Source: Eledone cirrhosa
Lineage: Eukaryota
NCBI GenBank assembly: GCA_964016885.1
Contig: OZ024755.1
Span: forward strand, 43,338,001-43,402,000
Direction of reading: 5' to 3'
DNA length: 64,000 nt
How positions within the stretch are numbered: the first letter of the stretch is position 1; every line of letters begins with the position of its first letter. Shown here one piece after another: positions 54,901 to 64,000 of the stretch. A program made the position numbers and the translations under genes. The notes beneath the pieces are model-generated. The model was not told where the DNA came from. It saw nothing but the letters and a program-made list of their open reading frames with translations, and ran no database searches.

Positions 54901-57900
54901 ACACTATTAGAAAGAGTTCCTAATCTTTGCCTACTAACACTATTAGAAAGAGTTCCTAATCTTTGCATACTCACACTATTAGAAAGAGTTCCTAATCTTT
55001 GTATACTCACACTATTACAAAGAGTTCCCAATCTTTGCCAACTCACACTATTAGAAAGAGTTCCTAATCTTTGCATACTCACACTATTAGAAAGAGTTCC
55101 TAATGTTTGCCTACTAACACTATTAGAAAGAGTTCCTAATCTTTGCATAATCACACTATTGGAAAGAGTTCCTAATCTTTGCATACTCACACTATTAGAA
55201 AGAGTTCTTATTCTTTGCATACTCACACTATTAGAAAGAGTCCCTAATCTTTGCATACTCACACTATTAGAAAGAGTTCCCAATCTTTGCATACTCACAC
55301 TATTAGAAAGAATTCCTAATAATTGCATACTCACACTATTAGAAAGAGTTCCTAATCTTTGCATACTCACACTATTAGAAAGAGTTCCCAATCTTTGCAT
55401 ACTCACACTATTAGAAAGAGTTGCTAATCTTTGCATACTCACACTATTAGAAAGAGTTCCTAATCTTTGCATACTCACACTATTAGAAAGAGTTCCTAAT
55501 CTTTGCATACTCACACTATTAGAAAGACTTCCTAATCTTTGTCTACTATCACTATTAGAAAGAGTTTCTAATCTTTGCCTACTAACACTATTACTAAGAG
55601 TTCCCAATCTTTGCCTACTCACACTATTAGAAAGAGTTCCTAATCTTTGCATACTCACACTATTAGAAAGAGTTCCTAATCTTTGTCTACTATCACTATT
55701 AGAAAGAGTTCCTAATCTTTGCATACTCATACTATTAGAAAGAGTTCCTGATCTTTACAAACTCACACTATTAGAAAGAGATCCTAATCTAATCTTTGCC
55801 TACACACACTATTAGAAAGAGTTCCTTATCTTTTCCTACAAACACTATTAGAAAGAGTTCCCAATCTTTGCCTACTAACAGTATTAGAAAGAGTTCATAA
55901 TCTTTGTATACTCACACTATTAGAAATAGTTCCTAATCCTTGCATACTCACACTATTAGAAAGAGTTCCCAATCTTTGCCTACTCGCAGTATTAGAAAGA
56001 GTTCCTAATCTTTGCCTACTAACACTATTAGAAAGAGTTCCTAATCTTTGCATACTCACACTATTAGAAAGAGTTCCTAACCTTTGCATACTCACACTAT
56101 TACAAAGAGTTCCCAATCTTTGCCTACTAACACTATTAGAAAGAGTTCCTAATCTTTTTCTACTCACACAATTAGAAAGATTTCCCAATCTTTGCATACT
56201 CACACTATTAGGAAGAGTTCCCAATCTTTGCCTACTCACACTATTAGATAGAGTTCCTAATCTTTGCATACTCACACTATCAGAAAGAGTTCCTAATCTT
56301 TGCATACTCACACTATTAGAAAGAGTTCTTAATCTTTGCATACTAACACTATTAGAAAGAGTTCCTAATCTTTTCCTACTAACACTATTAGAAAGAGTTC
56401 CTAATCTTTGCATACTCACACTATTAGAAACAGTTCCTAATCTTTGCATACTAACACTAATAGAAAGATTTCCTAATCTTTGCATACTCACACTATTAGA
56501 AGAAGTTACTAATCTTTGCATACTCACAATATTACAAAGAGTTCCTAATCTTTGCATACTCACACTATTAGAAAGCGTTCCCAATCTTTGCATTCTCACA
56601 CTATTAGAAAGAGTTCCTAATCTTTGCAAACTCACACTATTAGAAAGAGTTCCTAATCTAATCTTTGCCTACACACACTATTAGAAAGAGTTCCTAATTT
56701 TTGCATACTCACACTATGAGAAAGAGTTCCTAATCTTTGCATACTCACACTGCTAGAAATATTTCATAATCTTTGCATACTCACACTATTAGAAAGAGTT
56801 CCTAATCTTTGCCTACAAACACTATTAGAAAGAGTTCCTAATCTTTGCCTACTAACACTATTAGAAAGAGTTCCTAATCTTTGCATACTCACACTATTAG
56901 AAAGAGTTCCTAATCTTTGCATACTCACACTATAACAAAGAGATCCCAATCTTTGCCTACTCACACTATTAGAAAGAGTTCCTAATCTTTGTATACTCAC
57001 AATATTAAAAAGAGTTCCTAATCTTTGCCTACTAACACTATTAGAAAGAGTTCCTAATCTTTGCATACTCACACTATTGGAAAGAGTTCCTAATCTTTGC
57101 ATACTCACACTATTAGAAAGAGTTCTTATTCTTTGCATACTCACACTATTAGAAAGAGTTCCAAATCTTTGCATACTAACACTAATAGAAAGATTTCCTA
57201 ATCTTTGCATACTCACACTATTAGAAGAAGTTACTAATCTTTGCATACTCACAATATTAGAAAGAGTTCCTAATCTTTGCATACTCACACTATTGGAAAG
57301 AGTCCCTAATCTTTGCATACTCACACTATTAGAAAGAATTCCTAATAATTGCATACTCACACTATTAGAAAGAGTTTCTAATCTTTGCATACTCACACTA
57401 TTAGAAAGAGTTCCTAATCTTTGCATACTCACACTATTAGAAAGAGTTCCTAATCTTTGCCTACTAACACTATTAGAAAGAGTTCCTAATCTTTGCATAC
57501 TCACACTATTAGAAAGAGTTCCTAACCTTTGCATACTCACACTATTACAAAGAGTTCCCAATCTTCGCCTACTCACACTATTAGAAAGAGTTCCTAATCT
57601 TTGCATACTCACACTATTAGAAAGAGTTCCTAATCTTTGCCTACTAACACTATTAGAAAGAGTTCCTATTCTTTGCATACTCACACTATTGGAAAGAGTT
57701 CCTAATCTTTGCATACTCACACTATTAGAAAGAGTTCTTATTCTTTGCATACTCACACTATTAGAAAGAGTCCCTAATCTTTGCATACTCACACTATTAG
57801 AAAGAATTCCTAATAATTGCATACTCACACTATTAGAAAGAGTTCCTAATCTTTGCATACTCACACTATTAGAAAGAGTTCCCAATCTTTGCATACTCAC

Positions 57901-60900
57901 ACTATTAGAAAGAGTTGCTAATCTTTGCATACTCACACTATTAGAAAGACTTCCTAATCTTTGTCTACTATCACTACTAGAAAGAGTTCCTAATCTTTGT
58001 CTACTAACACTATTAGAAAGAGTTCCCAATCTTTGCCTACTCACACTATTAGAAAGAGTTCCTAATCTTTGCATACTCACACTATTAGAAAGAGTTCCTA
58101 ATCTTTGTCTACTATCACTATTAGAAAGAGTTACTAGTCTCTCCCTACTAACACTATTACAAAGAGTTCCCAATCTTTGCCTATTAACACTATTAGAAAG
58201 AGTTCCTAATCATTGCATACTCACACTATTAGAAAGAGTTCCCAATCTTTGCCTACTCACACTATTAGATAGAGTTCCTAATCTTTGCATACTCACACTA
58301 TCAGAAAGAGTTCCTAATCTTTGCATACTCACACTATTAGAAAGAGTTCTTAATCTTTGCATACTAACACTATTAGAAAGAGTTCCTAATCTTTTCCTAC
58401 TAACACTATTAGAAAGAGTTCCTAATCTTTGCATACTCACACTATTAGAAACAGTTCCTAATCTTTGCATACTAACACTAATAGAAAGATTTCCTAATCT
58501 TTGCATACTCACACTATTAGAAGAAGTTACTAATCTTTGCATACTCACAATATTAGAAAGAGTTCCTAATCTTTGCATACTCACACTATTAGAAAGAGTT
58601 CCCAATCTTTGCATTCTCACACTATTAGAAAGAGTTCCTAATCTTTGCAAACTCACACTATTAGAAAGAGTTCCTAATCTAATCTTTGCCTACACACACT
58701 ATTAGAAAGAGTTCCTAATTTTTGCATACTCACACTATGAGAAAGAGTTCCTAATCTTTGCATACTCACACTGCTAGAAATATTTCATAATCTTTGCATA
58801 CTCACACTATTAGAAAGAGTTCCTAATCTTTGCCTACAAACACTATTAGAAAGAGTTCCTAATCTTTGCCTACTAACACTATTAGAAAGAGTTCCTAATC
58901 TTTGCATACTCACACTATTAGAAAGAGTTCCTAATCTTTGCATACTCACACTATAACAAAGAGATCCCAATCTTTGCCTACTCACACTATTAGAAAGATT
59001 TCCTAATCTTTGCATACTCACACTATTAGAAGAAGTTACTAATCTTTGCATACTCACAATATTAGAAAGAGTTCCTAATCTTTGCATACTCACACTATTA
59101 GAAAGAGTTCCCAATCTTTGCATTCTCACACTATTAGAAAGAGTTCCTAATCTTTGCAAATTCACACTATTAGAAAGAGTTCCTAATCTAATCTTTGCCT
59201 ACACACACTATTAGAAAGAGTTCCTAATTTTTGCATACTCACACTATGAGAAAGAGTTCCTAATCTTTGCATACTCACACTATTAGAAAGAGTTCCTAAT
59301 CTTTGCATACTCACACTATTAGAAAGAGTTCCTAATCTTTGCCTACTAACACTATTAGAAAGAGTTCCTAATCTTTGCATACTCACACTATTAGAAAGAG
59401 TTCCTAACCTTTGCATACTCACACTATTACAAAGAGTTCCCAATCTTCGCCTACTCACACTATTAGAAAGAGTTCCTAATCTTTGCATACTCACACTATT
59501 AGAAAGAGTTCCTAATCTTTGCATACTCACACTATTAGAAAGAGTTCCCAATCTTTGCCTAAACATACTAATAGAAAGAGTTTCTAATATTTGCATACTC
59601 ACACTATCAGAAAGAGTTCCTAATATTTGCATACTCACACTATTAGAAAGAGTTCCTAATCTTTTCCTACTAACACTATTAGAAAGAGTTCCTAATCTTT
59701 TTCTACTCACACAATTAGAAAGAGTTCCCAATCTTTGCATACTCACACTATTAGGAAGAGTTCCCAATCTTTGCCTACTCACACTATTAGATAGAGTTCC
59801 TAATCTTTGCATACTCACACTATCAGAAAGAGTTCCTAATCTTTGCATACTCACACTATTAGAAAGAGTTCTTAATCTTTGCATACTAACACTATTAGAA
59901 AGAGTTCCTAATCTTTTCCTACTAACACTATTAGAAAGAGTTCCTAATCTTTGCATACTCACACTATTAGAAACAGTTCCTAATCTTTGCATACTAACAC
60001 TAATAGAAAGATTTCCTAATCTTTGCATACTCACACTATTAGAAGAAGTTACTAATCTTTGCATACTCACAATATTAGAAAGAGTTCCTAATCTTTGCAT
60101 ACTCACACTATTAGAAAGAGTTCCCAATCTTTGCATTCTCACACTATTAGAAAGAGTTCCTAATCTTTGCAAACTCACACTATTAGAAAGAGTTCCTAAT
60201 CTAATCTTTGCCTACACACACTATTAGAAAGAGTTCCTAATTTTTGCATACTCACACTATGAGAAAGAGTTCCTAATCTTTGCATACTCACACTGCTAGA
60301 AATATTTCATAATCTTTGCATACTCACACTATTAGAAAGAGTTCCTAATCTTTGCCTACAAACACTATTAGAAAGAGTTCCTAATCTTTGCCTACTAACA
60401 CTATTAGAAAGAGTTCCTAATCTTTGCATACTCACACTATTAGAAAGAGTTCCTAATCTTTGCATACTCACACTATAACAAATAGATCCCAATCTTTGCC
60501 TACTCACACTATTAGAAAGAGTTCCTAATCTTTGTATACTCACAATATTAAAAAGAGTTCCTAATCTTTGCCTACTAACACTATTAGAAAGAGTTCCTAA
60601 TCTTTGCATACTCACACTATTGGAAAGAGTTCCTAATCTTTGCATACTCACACTATTAGAAAGAATTCCTAATAATTGCATACTAACACTATTGGAAAGA
60701 GTTCCTAATCTTTGCATACTCACACTATTAGAAAGAGTTCTTATTCTTTGCATACTCACACTATTAGAAAGAGTTCCTAATCTTTGCATACTAACACTAA
60801 TAGAAAGATTTCCCAATCTTTGCATACTCACACTATTAGAAGAAGTTACTAATCTTTGCATACTCACAATATTAGAAAGAGTTCCTAATCTTTGCATACT

Positions 60901-63900
60901 CACACTATTGGAAAGAGTCCCTAATCTTTGCATACTCACACTATTAGAAAGAATTCCTAATAATTGCATACTCACACTATTAGAAAGAGTTTCTAATCTT
61001 TGCATACTCACACTATTAGAAAGAGTTCCTAATCTTTGCATACTCACACTATTAGAAAGAGTTCCTAATCTTTGCCTACTAACACTATTAGAAAGAGTTC
61101 CTAATCTTTGCATACTCACACTATTGGAAAGAGTTCCTAATCTTTGCATACTCACACTATTAGAAAGAGTTCTTATTCTTTGCATACTCACACTATTAGA
61201 AAGAGTCCCTAATCTTTGCATACTCACACTATTAGAAAGAGTTCCCAATATTTGCATACTCACACTATTAGAAAGAGTTGCTAATCTTTGCATACTCACA
61301 CTATTAGAAAGACTTCCTAATCTTTGTCTACTATCACTACTAGAAAGATTTCCTAATCTTTGCCTACTAACACTATTACAAAGAGTTCCCAATCTTTGCC
61401 TACTCACACTATTAGAAAGAGTTCCTAATCTTTGCATACTCACACTATTAGAAAGAGTTCCTAATCTTTGTCTACTATCACTATTAGAAAGAGTTCCTAA
61501 TCTTTGCCTACTAACACTATTACAAAGAGTTCCCAATCTTTGCCTACTCACACTATTAGAAAGAGTTCCTAATATTTGCATACTCACACTATTAGAAAGA
61601 GTTCCTAATCTTATCCTGCTAACACTTTTAGAAAGAGTTCCTTATCTTTTCCTACTAACACTATTAGAAAGAGTTCCTAATCTTCGCCTACTAACACTAT
61701 TAGAAAGAGTTCATAATCTTTGCATACTCACACTATTAGAAAGAGTTCCTACTCTTTGCATACTCACACTATTAGAAAGAGTTCCTAATCGTTGCATACT
61801 CACACTATTAGAAAGAGTTCCCAATCTTTGCATACTCACACTATTAGAAAGAGTTGCTAATCTTTGCATACTCACACTATTAGAAAGACTTCCTAATCTT
61901 TGTCTACTATCACTACTAGAAAGAGTTCCTAATCTTTGCCTACTAACACTATTACAAAGAGTTCCCAATCTTTGCCTACTCACACTATTAGAAAGAGTTC
62001 CTAATCTTTGTATACTCACACTATTAGAAAGAGTTCCTAATCTTTGTCTACTATCACTATTAGAAAGAGTTCCTAGTCTCTCCCTACTAACACTATTACA
62101 AAGAGTTCCCAATCTTTGCCTACTCACACTATTAGAAAGAGTTCCTAATATTTGCATATTCACACTATTAGAAAGAGTTCCTAATCTTATCCTGCTAACA
62201 CTTTTAGAAAGAGTTCCTTATCTTTTCCTACTAACACTATTAGAAAGAGTTCCTAATCTTCGCCTACTAACACTATTAGAAAGAGTTCATAATCTTTGCA
62301 TACTCACACTATTAGAAAGAGTTCCTACTCTTTGCATACTCACACTATTAGAAAGAGTTCCTAATCTTTGCATACTCACACTATTAGAAAGAGTTCCTAA
62401 TCTTTGTCTACTATCACTATTAGAAAGAGTTCCTAATCTAATCTTTGTCTACACACACTATTAGAAAGAGTTCCTTATCTTTTCCTACTAACACTATTAG
62501 AAAGAGTTCCTAATCTTTGCCTACTAACACTATTAGAAAGAGTTCATAATCTTTGCATACTCACACTACTAGAAATATTTCATAATCTTTGCATACTCAC
62601 ACTATTAGAAAGAGTTCCTAATCTTTGCCTACTAACACTATTAGAAAGAGTTCCTAATCTTTGCATACTCACACTATTAGAAATAGTTCCTAATCGTTGC
62701 ATTCTCACACTATTAGAAAGAGTTCCCAATCTTTGCATACACACACTATTAGAAAGAGTTCCTAATCTTTGCATACTCATACTATTAGAAAGAGTTCCTA
62801 ATATTTACAAACTCACACTATTAGAAAGAGATCCTAATCTAATCTTTGCCTACACACACTATTAGAAAGAGTTCCTTATCTTTTCCTACTAACACTATTA
62901 GAAAGAGTTCCTAATCTTTGCCTACTAACACTATTAGAAAGAGTTCATAATCTTTGTATACTCACACTATTAGAAATAGTTCCTAATCCTTGCATACTCA
63001 CACTATTAGAAAGAGATCCCAATCTTTGCCTACTCGCAGTATTAGAAAGAGTTCCTAATCTTTGCATACTCACACTATTAGAAAGAGTTCCTAATCTTTG
63101 CATACTCACACTATTAGAAAGAGTTCTTAATCTTTGCATACTCATACTATTAGAAAGAGTTCCTAATCTTTCCCTACTAACACTATTAGAAAGATTTCCT
63201 AATCTTTGCATACTCACACTATTAGAAAGACTTCCTAATCTTTGCATGCTCACACTATTAGAAAGAGTTCCTAATCTTTGAATACTCACACTATTAGAAA
63301 GAGTTCCCAATCTTTGCATACTCACACTATTAGAAAGAGTTCCTAATCTTTGCATACTCACACTATTAGAAAGAGTTCCTAATCTAATCTTTGCCTACAC
63401 ACACTATTAGAAAGAGTTCCTAATTTTTGCATACTCACACTATTAGAAAGAGTTCCTAATCTTTGCATACTCACACTATTAGAAAGAGTTCCCAATCTTT
63501 GCCTACTCATACTAATAGAAAGAGTTTCTAATCTTTGCATACTCACACTATCAGAAAGAGTTCCTAATATTTGCATACTCACACTATTAGAAAGAGTTTC
63601 TAATCTTTTCCTACTAACACTATTAGAAAGAGTTCCTAATCTTTTTCTACTCACACAATTAGAAAGAGTTCCCAATCTTTGCATACTCACACTATTAGGA
63701 AGAGTTCCCAATCTTTGCCTACTCACACTATTAGATAGAGTTCCTAATCTTTGCATACTCACACTATCAGAAAGAGTTCCTAATCTTTGCATACTCACAC
63801 TATTAGAAAGAGTTCTTAATCTTTGCATACTAACACTATTAGAAAGAGTTCCTAATCTTTTCCTACTAACACTATTAGAAAGAGTTCCTAATCTTTGCAT

Positions 63901-64000
63901 ACTCACACTATTAGAAACAGTTCCTAATCTTTGCATACTAACACTAATAGAAAGATTTCCTAATCTTTGCATACTCACACTATTAGAAGAAGTTACTAAT
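51950..64000. repeat. Long-range duplication, offset 10593 bp (~52.0-53.4 kb recurs at ~62.5-64.0 kb)
   Basis: Pairs 51987/62580, 52352/62945 and 52786/63379 differ by 10593, with near-identical translations. The intervening sequence is a mosaic of the same blocks. Confidence 0.8.

Larger units (their letters stand above)
3744..64000. repeat. 36-bp tandem satellite array, >=60.2 kb, ~1,670 monomers, single orientation, continues beyond the window
   Basis: Consensus TATTAGAAAGAGTTCCTAATCTTTGCATACTCACAC. Main variants are GCATACTCAC / GCCTACTAAC / TCCTACTAAC and CCTAAT / CCCAAT. Length variants of 41, 35, 34 and 25 bp occur. No inversion or foreign insertion was seen on reading through. Confidence 0.99.

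Noticed and set aside
3736-63978. The many ORFs of type SMQRLGTLSNSV / LLERVPNLCILT / PTNTIRKSS as genes
   Set aside because: They are translations of the satellite monomer, bounded by stochastic stops and indels. Many have non-ATG starts, and none has unique domains or exon structure.
3744-64000. CRISPR array (36-bp repeats with dyad symmetry)
   Set aside because: Repeats are directly head-to-tail with no unique spacers; the variable part differs only by a few SNPs. No cas genes, and the context is eukaryotic.
3744-64000. Telomeric repeat (TTAGG on the minus strand of each monomer)
   Set aside because: Only one isolated pentamer per 36 bp, with no tandem TTAGG or TTAGGG runs.
3744-64000. 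Heat-shock element or NF-kB site in GAAAGAGTTCC
   Set aside because: GAA and TTC are separated by 4 nt rather than the 2 nt of nGAAnnTTCn, and the minus strand GGGAACTCTT does not fit GGGRNWYYCC.
3744-64000. C2H2 zinc-finger gene array
   Set aside because: The period is 36 bp rather than 84 bp, with no CxxC...HxxxH or TGEKP linker in any frame.

Overview
Eukaryotic, AT-rich, repeat-dominated DNA with no credible intact protein-coding, RNA or CRISPR locus. About 94% of the window (3744-64000, running off the right edge) is one head-to-tail satellite array of a 36-bp monomer (consensus TATTAGAAAGAGTTCCTAATCTTTGCATACTCACAC, 33% GC, no CpG, ~1,670 copies). Nearly every ORF in the supplied track is a by-product of this monomer having a stop-free frame on each strand. 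The array is organised into variant domains and nested higher-order duplications (offsets 1146, 1936, 2224, 2279, 2615, 2647, 4469, 5551 and 10593 bp), marked by recurrent 41-bp and 25-bp monomers. The first 3.7 kb holds a tRNA-type SINE fragment, a TTAA-flanked piggyBac-like MITE, a retroposon 3' tail, a 19-bp minisatellite, and a decayed RTE-clade LINE C-terminus that the ORF track misses. That LINE relic stops abruptly at an (AT)n tract, followed by ~0.95 kb of CpG-richer unique sequence leading into the satellite. From memory only, the interspersed repeats resemble Octopus/cephalopod repeats (unverified). I found no demonstrable new biological system. The best leads are that the satellite may be cargo of an element inserted into the LINE, and that the monomer is doubly open with an LRR-like translation.
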